A stretch of 64,000 bases of DNA. Source: Solirubrobacteraceae bacterium. Its GTDB lineage: Bacteria; Actinomycetota; Thermoleophilia; Solirubrobacterales; Solirubrobacteraceae. The notes below the pieces were generated by a model. The model saw only the letters and a list, made by a program, of their open reading frames with translations, was not told where the DNA came from and searched no databases. Made by a program: the position numbers and the translations under genes. How positions within the stretch are numbered: position 1 is the stretch's first letter; each line of letters begins with the position of its first letter. Shown in pieces: positions 29,378 through 38,160 of the stretch. The stretch spans positions 10,731 to 74,730 of the forward strand of contig DASZGH010000084.1 of NCBI GenBank assembly GCA_035938935.1, written 5' to 3'.

Positions 29378-30664
29378 TCAGCGCCGCTCGGCGATCACCT
29401 TCGCCCCCTTTGACGGCACCAGCACGATCGCCCGCCGGCTGGTGCGCTCCGGGCGCCGCTCGACCGGACGAAAGCGCAGCGCGCCTATCAGCTCCTCGAG
29501 CACGATTTTCGCCTCGAACTGAGCGAAGGACGCCCCGATACAGCGCCGCACCGATCCGCCGAACGGAAACCACGCCCCAGCCGGCGGCCTGACCTCGAGG
29601 AAGCGTGTCGGGTCAAACCGCCACGGGCGCGAATAGACGTCGGCGCGACGGTGCACCAGCAGCGTGATCGGCAGCACGTCGGTTCCCTGCGGCAACTCGT
29701 AGCCGGCGATCGTCAGCGGCTCGCGTAGCCGCCTCACGACGCCACCGGTCGGCGGGTGCAGACGCAGAGCCTCGGTTATCACCGCGTCGGTGAACGCCCC
29801 ACCCTCGCCGGCCAATCGCTCCTGGCTTGCCTGGTCGCGTGAGAGGTCGTGGATCGCCCACGAGAGCAGCGTGGCCGTCGTCTCGTGACCGGCCGTCAGC
29901 AGCGTCATCAGTTCGTCGCGCAACTCCAGGTCGGAGAGGCTCTCGCCGTGCTCGTCGACGGCCTGGATCAGCATCGAGAGGATGTCGTCGCGCTCGTCCA
30001 GATCGCCGAGCGCCCGCCGGCGGCCAATCTCGGCGATGATCTCGCGGTCCACCCGCGCCAGCTGACGGCGAAAGGCCGGCACCGATTCGAGTCGCTGCGG
30101 CCCGACCACGAAGAAGAACAGGACCCTGCGCATGTCGGTGAGCCAGGCGAGCATGTCGCGCAGCGCGTCGCCGAGCGCCCCCACCTGCTCGTCGTCCTGC
30201 ACGCCGAAGACGCAGCGCATGATTACCGCGAACGTGAGCTCCTGCATCCGCGGCAGCGCGGCAACCGGCTCGTGTAGCGGCCAGGCGGCGATCTGCTCGG
30301 CGGCGGCCGCCCGGATCGTGCGCTCGTAGGCGCGCATTCGATCGCCGTGAAACGGCGGCAGCACGATCCGGCGGCGGTGCAGGTGCTCCTCCCCGTCGAG
30401 CAGCAGCAGGTTGCGGGTGCCGAGCGCCGGGCTGAGCGCCTGGTTGGCGGCGCCCGAGTCCACCTGCTCCGGCCCGTGCGAGAACACTTCCCTGACCGCG
30501 TCGGGATGGGCGATCGCCACCCATTCTTCTCTGAGCAGGCGCAGCTTGAACACGTCTCCGTGACGTCGGTGAACGGCGGCGAAGAAGCCGTCCGGGTCGA
30601 GCGTGAAGCGCACCATGTCGAACAGCGAGCCGCGCGACTCGGGCAGGGCCTTGCTTGCCATCAC
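29378..30664 (-). CDS. Cytochrome P450
   Basis: AGHETT, EALR, PFGGSVRRCIG. Confidence 0.95.
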   Translation of the reverse strand: MMASKALPESRGSLFDMVRFTLDPDGFFAAVHRRHGDVFKLRLLREEWVAIAHPDAVREVFSHGPEQVDSGAANQALSPALGTRNLLLLDGEEHLHRRRIVLPPFHGDRMRAYERTIRAAAAEQIAAWPLHEPVAALPRMQELTFAVIMRCVFGVQDDEQVGALGDALRDMLAWLTDMRRVLFFFVVGPQRLESVPAFRRQLARVDREIIAEIGRRRALGDLDERDDILSMLIQAVDEHGESLSDLELRDELMTLLTAGHETTATLLSWAIHDLSRDQASQERLAGEGGAFTDAVITEALRLHPPTGGVVRRLREPLTIAGYELPQGTDVLPITLLVHRRADVYSRPWRFDPTRFLEVRPPAGAWFPFGGSVRRCIGASFAQFEAKIVLEELIGALRFRPVERRPERTSRRAIVLVPSKGAKVIAERR

Positions 30665-31593
30665 GCCGCCGCGCCGGCCATACGGCGCTTGCGCTCCGAG
30701 CGTCGCGAGAGCAGCGCGCCCCAGTCGGCGTCGTCCATCCGCGAGGGCTCTGTCTCCAGCAGAAACTCGCGCAGCACCGCAGCGAGCGCCTCAGGCTCTT
30801 CCAGGTGCGGGAAGTGCGCGGCGCCCGGGATCGTGCGAAAACGTGAGTGCGCCACCGCCTCGTGCGCGCGGCGGCCGTGGGCGAGCGGGATCGTGTTGTC
30901 GCGCTCGCCCCAGACGATCATTGTCGGCATCGACTCCAGCAGGTACAGGCGGTCGGTCGCGCTGACGCGCTGGCCGCGCACGTCGATCACCGAGCGCAGC
31001 GTCTGCAGGAACGCCTCACGCGCCTGCGGGCGCTCCAATGGGCGCAGCGCACGGGCGACGGCCTGCACGTAGATACCCTGGCGCACGCCGCGCGCACGCA
31101 GCCGGCTACCGGCGTCGTACACGGCGCCAAGCAGGCGCGGGTGCGCCGCCAGCGACAGAGCGGCCGACACTCCCGGCAGCGCGGCCGTGCGCAGCATCGG
31201 GCTGACCTCGTGGCCGAGACCGCCGCTTGAGACCAGTGCCAGGCGCTCGACGCGGGAGGGGAACTGATAGAAGAACTGCATCGCCACGCCGCCGCCGAGC
31301 GAGTGCCCGACCACGGTGGCGCGCTCGATGCCGAGCGCCGTGAGCAGGTCACGGATGCTGGCCGCATGAGCGCCAAGCGAGTAGTCGCCGCGCGGCGCGG
31401 CTGAGTCGCCGTGGCCGATCAGGTCGGGAGCGATGACCGTATGGTCGGCCTCCAGGTCGAGCGCGACCTGCTGCCAGTGGCTCGAGGAGTTGAGCATGCC
31501 ATGAACGAGCACGACCGCAGGCCCTTCGCCCGCCATGCGGTAGACGGCGCGACGGCCGTGCAGCTCGATCTGCCACTCCTCGAAGCTCGGCAC
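30661..31593 (-). CDS. Alpha/beta hydrolase
   Basis: LVHGM, PDLIGHGDS, GHSLGG, HFPH. Confidence 0.9.
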   Translation of the reverse strand: MPSFEEWQIELHGRRAVYRMAGEGPAVVLVHGMLNSSSHWQQVALDLEADHTVIAPDLIGHGDSAAPRGDYSLGAHAASIRDLLTALGIERATVVGHSLGGGVAMQFFYQFPSRVERLALVSSGGLGHEVSPMLRTAALPGVSAALSLAAHPRLLGAVYDAGSRLRARGVRQGIYVQAVARALRPLERPQAREAFLQTLRSVIDVRGQRVSATDRLYLLESMPTMIVWGERDNTIPLAHGRRAHEAVAHSRFRTIPGAAHFPHLEEPEALAAVLREFLLETEPSRMDDADWGALLSRRSERKRRMAGAAA

Positions 31594-31672
31594 TGACGAG
31601 CAACCCTACTAGCAAGCAAGCGAGGGCCAAGCGAGTGCCGCAACCCTCCACGCGCTAGGTAGCCTGATCCCG

Positions 31673-32197
31673 ATGAGCAAGACACGCTCTTTTCTGAACA
31701 TGCGCCTCACCGGCCTCGTGGCGGCCGCGGCCTGTTGCGCGCTACTGGCGGCCTGCGGCGGCTCCAAAAGCGCCACAACCGCGAGCACGACCACCGCCAC
31801 GAGTGCCACAACCGCGAGCACGCCGACGACCCCCGGCCAGGGCGCAAGCTCCAGCGGCACGTCGCGCGAAACGGCCCCAGGCGTCGTCCGCGCCTCGCAG
31901 GGAGGAGTGAGCGCGCGCCTGCAAGCGACCACCCACCACCCGCGTGTCAACGCTGCCTGGCCGATTTCCTTCACGGTCACAAGTCAGGGCACGGCCGCCA
32001 AAGCCGAAGTCGCCTATGAGTACCTGTTCGGCGGGCAGGTGGTCGCGCACCGTTCGCACTATCGCTTCACCGGCCACTTCCACGACCTCTTTCGCTGGCC
32101 CGCCTCCGCGGTCGGATATCCGCTGACCTTTAGAGCCGTGATAACTAACGGCGGCGCCACGCTCAACCTCGACTATCCCGTCCAGGTCGTCCGCTGA
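31673..32197 (+). CDS. Lipoprotein, hypothetical
   Basis: Lipobox LLAAC, Thr/Ser linker, beta-rich C-terminal domain; TAGCCT -10 box 7 nt upstream. Confidence 0.65.
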   Translation: MSKTRSFLNMRLTGLVAAAACCALLAACGGSKSATTASTTTATSATTASTPTTPGQGASSSGTSRETAPGVVRASQGGVSARLQATTHHPRVNAAWPISFTVTSQGTAAKAEVAYEYLFGGQVVAHRSHYRFTGHFHDLFRWPASAVGYPLTFRAVITNGGATLNLDYPVQVVR

Positions 32198-32239
32198 GCG
32201 CGGCCTGCGAGCGGCGCCAGCCTGGGATCGGTGAGGTCC

Positions 32240-32599
32240 TCAGGCGCTGGCGGCGTCCTGCGCGCGCTGCGCCGGCGCCTCGCCCCACAGTTGCTCAAGC
32301 CGGTAGAACTCGCGGGTGGCCGGCGTGAAGATGTGCACGACCACGTCTAGGTAGTCCATCAGAATCCAGTCGGCGCTCGCCAACCCCTCGACGCGGCGCG
32401 GGAGCAGGTCGTGCCCGTGCTTGAGGCCCTCGAGGATCGCGTCGTGGATCGCCTTGGTCTGGCGCTCGGTGTTGCCCGAGCAGATCACGAACCAGTCGGT
32501 GTACCCGAGCACTTCACGCAGGTCGATCTCGACCAGGTCGCCGGCCTTCTTATCCTCGGCGTAGCGGCGAATCTCGGCGAGCAGCTCTGCCGGGCTCAC
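32240..32599 (-). CDS. rsfS: Ribosome silencing factor
   Basis: DKKAGDLV, DWFVICSG, WILMDYLDVVVHIF, FYRLEQLW. Confidence 0.95.
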   Translation of the reverse strand: MSPAELLAEIRRYAEDKKAGDLVEIDLREVLGYTDWFVICSGNTERQTKAIHDAILEGLKHGHDLLPRRVEGLASADWILMDYLDVVVHIFTPATREFYRLEQLWGEAPAQRAQDAASA

Positions 32600-33303
32600 G
32601 ATCGCGCTCCCGCCGCACTGGAAGCCGGCCGGCGGCCGTAGAGTTCGTGCTCGTCGATGTAGGCCGCGAGCACGGGGCCGACCATCGAGTCGATCGGCTT
32701 TCCGGATGTCAGCGCGCGTCTGACTTGGGAGGAGGAGATGTCGCGAGGAGAGAACTCCAGAAACTCGTGCTCGCCGGCGCCAAGCGAGCTCAGCGCATCC
32801 ACGACCTGCGCTCGTGCGATCCCTTCGCGCTGTGCCACGGCGATCCGCGCGAGGCCCACGATCTCCCCCGGCTCGCGCCAGGAACCGAGCGTCACCGCCA
32901 TATCGGCGCCGAGGACCAGCGTCAGCTCTGCGTCGGGGTGGCTGTCATGGATGCTTCTCAGCGTATCGACCGTGTAGGACGGGCCAGGCCGCTGCAGCTC
33001 GAGCGTGCACACCTCGATCTGCGGCTCGCCGGCGCTTGCCAGCCGACACATCTGTGCGCGGTGCTCCGGGCCCGGGTCCCAGATCGCGGGCTTGTGCGGT
33101 GGAATCGATACCGGCATCAGCAGCACCCGGTCGAGTCCGAGCTCGCGCACCGCGGCCCGCGCCAGCTCGATGTGGCCGGTGTGCGGCGGGTTGAACATGC
33201 CGCCGAGGATCGCGACGCGGCGCGGAGCCCCGCCCGGCGCGATCGACTGGTCAGAGGATCGCGGCTGGGTGTCGGGCGCCGCCGGCTGCTCAGACGCGAA
33301 CGT
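32596..33303 (-). CDS. nadD: Nicotinate-nucleotide adenylyltransferase (start uncertain)
   Basis: RVAILGGMFNPPHTGH, SYTVDTL, LGAD, ISSSQVR; no ATG/GTG/TTG upstream of the motif, tentative ACG at 33303. Confidence 0.88.
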   Translation of the reverse strand, partial: TFASEQPAAPDTQPRSSDQSIAPGGAPRRVAILGGMFNPPHTGHIELARAAVRELGLDRVLLMPVSIPPHKPAIWDPGPEHRAQMCRLASAGEPQIEVCTLELQRPGPSYTVDTLRSIHDSHPDAELTLVLGADMAVTLGSWREPGEIVGLARIAVAQREGIARAQVVDALSSLGAGEHEFLEFSPRDISSSQVRRALTSGKPIDSMVGPVLAAYIDEHELYGRRPASSAAGARS

Positions 33304-34609
33304 GGCCGGAGCCCTCGACTAGGTACTTGAAGGTGCACAGCTCGCGCAGCCCGATCGGCCCGCGCGCGTGCAGCTTCTGGGTGGAGTTGCCGATCTCCGC
33401 GCCCATCCCGAACTCGCCCCCGTCGGTGAAGCGCGTGGAGGCGTTGACGTACACGCAGGCAGCGTCGACGCCGAGCTGGAAGGCGCGGGCGGAGGCAGTG
33501 TCGTTCGTGACGATCGCCTCGGAGTGCCCCGAGCCGTGACGGGCGATGTGCTCGATCGCGTCCTCCACGGAGTGGACGACACCCACGGCGAGCGTGAGCG
33601 CGAGGTACTCGGTGCCCCAGTCCGCGTCCGTGGCGGATCGGACGGAGCCTCGGATCGCCTGGATCCGCTCAGCGTCTCCGTCCTCTTCCAGGCTCTGGGC
33701 AAGGCGCTGGGCGCACTCCCACACCGGGCCGTCCGCACGCACCTCGACGCCCGCAGAGGCGAGGGCGGGTAGCAAGCCCTGCAGGACCTCGTCTGCGACC
33801 TGGCGGTGCACGAGCAGCGTCTCGGCCGCGTTGCACACCCCCGGGCGTTGTGTCTTCGCGTTCATCACGATCTCACGCGCCACGTCGAGGTCGGCGGAGG
33901 CGTCGACGTAGACGTGGCAGTTGCCCGACGCGGCGTAGATCACCGGCACGGTCGCGACGTCCTTGAGCGCCGCCTTCAGTCCCTCTCCCCCGCGCGGGAT
34001 CAGCAAGTCCACGACCCCCTCCTGCGTGGCCAGCTCGGCCAGCTCCTCACGCCCACCGCCGGCAACCAGGCCGATGCAGCCGTCGGGCAGCCCGGCGGAG
34101 ACCGCGGCCTCGGAGGCGATCGTGGCGAGTATGGCGTTGGAGTGGGCGGCGCTGGAGGAGCCGCGCAGCACGATCGCGTTACCTGACTTCAGACACAGCA
34201 CGGCGGCGTCGATCGTCACGTTCGGGCGCGCCTCGTAGACGACGGCGACGACTCCGAGCGGGACGCGCACCTTGCGGACGTCCAGGCCATTGGGCAGGCG
34301 CTGGCCGTCGATCACCTCGCCGACCGGGTCGCCGAGCGCGGCCACGGCCTCGACCGCGGCCGCTATCCCCTCCAGGCGCTCGGCGTCCAGGCCCAGCCGG
34401 TCGAGCAGGGCAGACCCTATATCCGCCTCGCGGCCGGCCTGCAGGTCAAGCTCATTGGCAGCGAGGATCTCGTCCTCGCGCGCGCGCAGCGCGGCGGCGA
34501 TCGCGCGCAGAGCGGCATTCTTGGTCGCGGTGTCGCACGCGGCCAGCGCTCGAGACGCGCTGCGGGCGCGCTCGCATACCTCCGCGACAGATGAGACCGT
34601 GACCGCCAT
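33290..34609 (-). CDS. proA: Gamma-glutamyl phosphate reductase
   Basis: YEARPNVT, GVCNAAETLL, GSGHSEAI, STQKLHARGP. Confidence 0.95.
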   Translation of the reverse strand: MAVTVSSVAEVCERARSASRALAACDTATKNAALRAIAAALRAREDEILAANELDLQAGREADIGSALLDRLGLDAERLEGIAAAVEAVAALGDPVGEVIDGQRLPNGLDVRKVRVPLGVVAVVYEARPNVTIDAAVLCLKSGNAIVLRGSSSAAHSNAILATIASEAAVSAGLPDGCIGLVAGGGREELAELATQEGVVDLLIPRGGEGLKAALKDVATVPVIYAASGNCHVYVDASADLDVAREIVMNAKTQRPGVCNAAETLLVHRQVADEVLQGLLPALASAGVEVRADGPVWECAQRLAQSLEEDGDAERIQAIRGSVRSATDADWGTEYLALTLAVGVVHSVEDAIEHIARHGSGHSEAIVTNDTASARAFQLGVDAACVYVNASTRFTDGGEFGMGAEIGNSTQKLHARGPIGLRELCTFKYLVEGSGHVRV

Positions 34610-34681
34610 CAGACCTACAGGGTACGACCCGAGCCGAGCACGGGCCACCGCCCCAACCACACATTGACCTTGCGGCGCCGC

Positions 34682-35809
34682 TTACGCGAGCACCATGTAG
34701 TCGCGGTGCACCGCCTCCTCAGTGGCGCGCGGCAGCACCTGCTGGACCGCTGCCGACTTCATTCCCATCACGCGGCGCAGCTCCGCCGCCGAGTAGCTGC
34801 AGATGCCCTTCGCAAGTGTCCGCCCGGCGAGCGCCGGCGCGTCGGGCTCGGCCGTGCTCGTGCGTTCGGCGATGTCGACCGCGTCGCCGGCCTCGAAGGA
34901 GCCGAGCACCTCGACGATGCCGACCGGCAACAGGCTCGTGCCCTGCACGCGCAGCGCGCGCGCCGCCCCCGCGTCGACCACGAGCGTGCCGTGACTCGGC
35001 TTGGCGTAGCGCAGCCACAGCTTGAACGAGGAGTGCCGCGACGCGCGCGGCGGGAAGTTGGTGCCCTCCATGTGGCCGGCGAGCACTGCCTCGAGCGCTC
35101 CTTCGCGCACGCCGTTGCAGATCACCGCGCGGATGCCGGCGGCCGTGGTCATGTCCGCCGCGACCACCTTCGAGCGCATCCCGCCCGAGCCGAGCGGCGA
35201 GGTGCTGTGGCCGACCTCGATCGCCTGCAGCGCCTCGAAGTCACTGACCTCGTGCACGAGGCGAGCATCGGGGTCCTGGCGCGGATCGGCGGTGTAGAGG
35301 CCGTCGATGTCTGTCAGCAGCACGAGCAGGTCGGCGGCGATCAGGATCGCCACCTGCGCGGCAAGGAAGTCGTTGTCGCCGAAGGAGATCTCGTCGGTGG
35401 CGGTGGTGTCGTTCTCGTTGATCACCGGCACGACCCCCCAATCGAGCAGCGTGCGCAGCGTCTGGCGCGCGTTCAGGTAGTGGGTGCGCGCGCTCATGTC
35501 CATGAACGTGAGCAGCACCTGCGCCGAGACGAGATCGCGCTCGCGCAGCAGCTCGTCGTAGACGCGGTAGAGCTTGCCCTGCCCGACGGCACTGGCGGCC
35601 TGCAGCTCCTGCACGGCACCCGGTCGCGCCGGCAGGCCCATGATCCGCACTCCGCGCGCGATCGCGCCCGAGGTGACGATCACGACCTCCCTGCCCTCGC
35701 CGCGCAGGCTCGTGACGACGTCGCAGATGCGCGCGAGCACGCGCTCACGCAGCTCGCCGTCCTCGTCGGCAACGATGCTCGAACCGAGCTTGATGACCAC
35801 GCGCTTCAT
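34682..35809 (-). CDS. proB: Glutamate 5-kinase
   Basis: KLGSS, NENDT, FGDND, GSGGMRSKV, C-terminal PUA domain. Confidence 0.95.
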   Translation of the reverse strand: MKRVVIKLGSSIVADEDGELRERVLARICDVVTSLRGEGREVVIVTSGAIARGVRIMGLPARPGAVQELQAASAVGQGKLYRVYDELLRERDLVSAQVLLTFMDMSARTHYLNARQTLRTLLDWGVVPVINENDTTATDEISFGDNDFLAAQVAILIAADLLVLLTDIDGLYTADPRQDPDARLVHEVSDFEALQAIEVGHSTSPLGSGGMRSKVVAADMTTAAGIRAVICNGVREGALEAVLAGHMEGTNFPPRASRHSSFKLWLRYAKPSHGTLVVDAGAARALRVQGTSLLPVGIVEVLGSFEAGDAVDIAERTSTAEPDAPALAGRTLAKGICSYSAAELRRVMGMKSAAVQQVLPRATEEAVHRDYMVLA

Positions 35810-35933
35810 CGAGCAGGAGCGTAGATGGTGAGCGCCTCGCTCGGATGTTGGGGGGATCTTCCTACTGATCGGGCGAACTGACCGCTCCCAAGAGCCACGC
35901 TCACGGGATGCCCACGCGCGTGCCCGCAGTGAG

Positions 35934-37286
35934 TCAAGGCGAGTCGTGGTCGGGATCGAGCTCGAACGCCACGCCGCCGATCGTCAGCTCGTCGCCCGCC
36001 TGGAAGCCGCGCGCCTGCAGGGCGCGTAGCACGCCGATCTTGCGCAGGCGCTCCTCCACGTATGCCAGGGCATCCTCGTTGTCGAGGTCGTGGCGGGCGA
36101 GCAGCCGCTCGATGCCGCGCCCACTCACGGCGTACTCGCCTGGGGCGACCTGCTCGACGGTGAAGCCACCCGGTCCGCTCGGGCGGAAGACCACGTGCTC
36201 GGCCAGCTCCAGCTCGGCCCGCTCGCCACCGCCAGCACCGGCGGACACAGAGACGCCCACCGGCTGCTGCTCCCGCGCGGGCACACGGTGAAGCAGCTCA
36301 GCCGCCAGCTCCTGGATGCCAAGGCCGGTCGCGCTCGATGTGGCCAGGACGGGCGTGTCCGGCAGGCGTCCGCGCCAGCGCGCCACCTGCTCGGCGACTC
36401 GCTCGGGCGCCAGCAGATCGGCCTTGGAGAGTGCCAATACCCGCGGCAGCGCCGCCAGCCGCGGATCGTGCGCGGCCAGCTCGTGCTCGATCGTCTCGTG
36501 GTTGGCCAGCGCGTCGGAGCTCACGCCGCCGGAGACCTCCGGCGCCAGGTCGAGCACGTGCACTAGCAGGCGCGTGCGCTCGACATGGGCCAGGAAGTCG
36601 TGTCCGAGCCCGGCCCCTTCGCTGGCGCCCTCAATCAGCCCCGGAATGTCGGCGATCACCAGCTGGCGCTCGTCGGATTCGAGCACGCCGAGAACGGGCG
36701 AGAGCGTCGTGAAGGGATAGTCGGCGACCTTCGGCGCCGCCCGCGTCAGTCGCGCGATCAGCGAGGACTTGCCGGCGTTGGGCAGCCCCACCAGGCCGAT
36801 GTCGGCCAGCAGCTTCAGCTGAAGCTCGATCCAGCCCTGCTCACCGGGCAGCCCGCGCTCGGCGAAGTGCGGAGCCTGTCGCGTCGGAGTGGCAAAGCGC
36901 TTGTTGCCCTTCCCGCCCGGCCCGCCCCGCGCCAGCAGCGCACGCTGCCCATCGGCAAGCAGCTCCCAGCGGCGCCCCAGCAGGTCGCCCTCGACTCCCT
37001 CGGCCTGAGTGCCGGGAGGCACTCGCACGAGCAAGGTCTGCCCGTCGGCGCCGTGGCGCAGCGCCCCTGCGCCGTGCCCGCCGCGCCCGGCTCGGTGGTG
37101 TGCCTTACGGCGAAAGCTCTGCAGGTCGCGCAGCGAGCTGTCGCAGACGAGCACGACATCGCCGCCCCGGCCGCCGTCACCACCGTCCGGCCCGCCGCGG
37201 GGAACGTGCGCTTCGCGACGGAAGCCGGCCGAGCCGTCCCCGCCGGCGCCGGCTTGCACTTCGATTCTGGCGCGGTCGTGGAGCGT
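35934..37286 (-). CDS. obgE: GTPase Obg (ACG at expected start position)
   Basis: GGPDGGDGGRGG, GLPNAGKSS, DYPFTT, DIPG; N-terminus x-LHDRARIEV starts at ACG 37286. Confidence 0.93.
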   Translation of the reverse strand, partial: TLHDRARIEVQAGAGGDGSAGFRREAHVPRGGPDGGDGGRGGDVVLVCDSSLRDLQSFRRKAHHRAGRGGHGAGALRHGADGQTLLVRVPPGTQAEGVEGDLLGRRWELLADGQRALLARGGPGGKGNKRFATPTRQAPHFAERGLPGEQGWIELQLKLLADIGLVGLPNAGKSSLIARLTRAAPKVADYPFTTLSPVLGVLESDERQLVIADIPGLIEGASEGAGLGHDFLAHVERTRLLVHVLDLAPEVSGGVSSDALANHETIEHELAAHDPRLAALPRVLALSKADLLAPERVAEQVARWRGRLPDTPVLATSSATGLGIQELAAELLHRVPAREQQPVGVSVSAGAGGGERAELELAEHVVFRPSGPGGFTVEQVAPGEYAVSGRGIERLLARHDLDNEDALAYVEERLRKIGVLRALQARGFQAGDELTIGGVAFELDPDHDSP

Positions 37287-37544
37287 TTATCGGTCCTGAG
37301 GTGCGACGCTCACGACCCGGCCGCGGCGGCCGGTCGTGAACTGGACGGTCCCGGCCGCGCGCGCGTACAGGGTGTCGTCCTTGCCGATCCCGACGCCGTC
37401 GCCCGGCTTGAAGCGGGTGCCGCGCTGGCGGACGATGATCTCGCCGCCGCTGACCGTCTGGCCGGCGAACGTCTTGACGCCGAGTCGCTGCGCGTTTGAG
37501 TCGCGCCCGTTGCGGCTCGATCCCAGCCCCTTCTTATGCGCCAT
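37287..37544 (-). CDS. rpmA: 50S ribosomal protein L27
   Basis: [24 protein letters not shown]. Confidence 0.98.
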   Translation of the reverse strand: MAHKKGLGSSRNGRDSNAQRLGVKTFAGQTVSGGEIIVRQRGTRFKPGDGVGIGKDDTLYARAAGTVQFTTGRRGRVVSVAPQDR

Positions 37545-37980
37545 CGGGTGTGTCCTCCTCCTTCGGCGCCGGCTGCTTGGCGGCGGCCTTCTTGGCGACA
37601 GCAGGCTTCTTGGCCGCGGCGGGCTTGGCAGCGACGGGCTTGGCCGCGACCTTCGGCGCAGCCTTGCTCACAGCGCCCATCGAGATGTTGGTCACCTCGA
37701 TCCTCGTCAGCTCCTGGCGGTGGCCCGTGCGGCGCTTGTAGCCGCGCTTGGGCTTGAACTTGAACACACGCAGCTTCTCACCGCGCTCGTGACCGATCAC
37801 CTTGGCGGTGACCTTAACCTTCTTCAGCCCGGCCGTGTCGAACACCGCGTCCTCGGAGCGGTAGAGGATCGGCTCGAGCGCGACGTCGGCGCCGGTCTCG
37901 GCGGGCAGGCGCTCGACGAGCAGCGTCTGGCCCCGCTCGACGCGGTACTGCTTGCCGCCGGTCTTGACGATCGCGTACAT
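37534..37980 (-). CDS. rplU: 50S ribosomal protein L21 with Ala/Lys-rich tail
   Basis: [14 protein letters not shown]...GHRQELT. Confidence 0.98.
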   Translation of the reverse strand: MYAIVKTGGKQYRVERGQTLLVERLPAETGADVALEPILYRSEDAVFDTAGLKKVKVTAKVIGHERGEKLRVFKFKPKRGYKRRTGHRQELTRIEVTNISMGAVSKAAPKVAAKPVAAKPAAAKKPAVAKKAAAKQPAPKEEDTPDGA

Positions 37981-37983
37981 CTA

Positions 37984-38145
37984 GTGTCCCGAGTCAGAAA
38001 TTCGAAGAGGATTTGCCGAGCGATTGCGCGCGGCCTGACGTTCAACGGCGTCCGTGCGCGTGCCGGTAGCACGTGTGCGGACGCCGGGGGGCGTCAGACG
38101 CGTGCAGGCGCCGGGAAAGACCGTTGAATTTCTGACTCGGGACAC
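37984..38145. repeat. 162-bp rod-like palindromic element, copy 1
   Basis: Perfect 20-bp terminal IR GTGTCCCGAGTCAGAAATTC / GAATTTCTGACTCGGGACAC; interior pairs; homologous to 56959-57120. Confidence 0.85.
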
Positions 38146-38160
38146 CAGCTGTGATCCGTT

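Noticed and set aside
29193-29522. 109-aa plus-strand ORF after the peroxiredoxin-like gene
   Set aside because: Overlaps both neighbours, has no motif and an atypical composition; cannot be supported.
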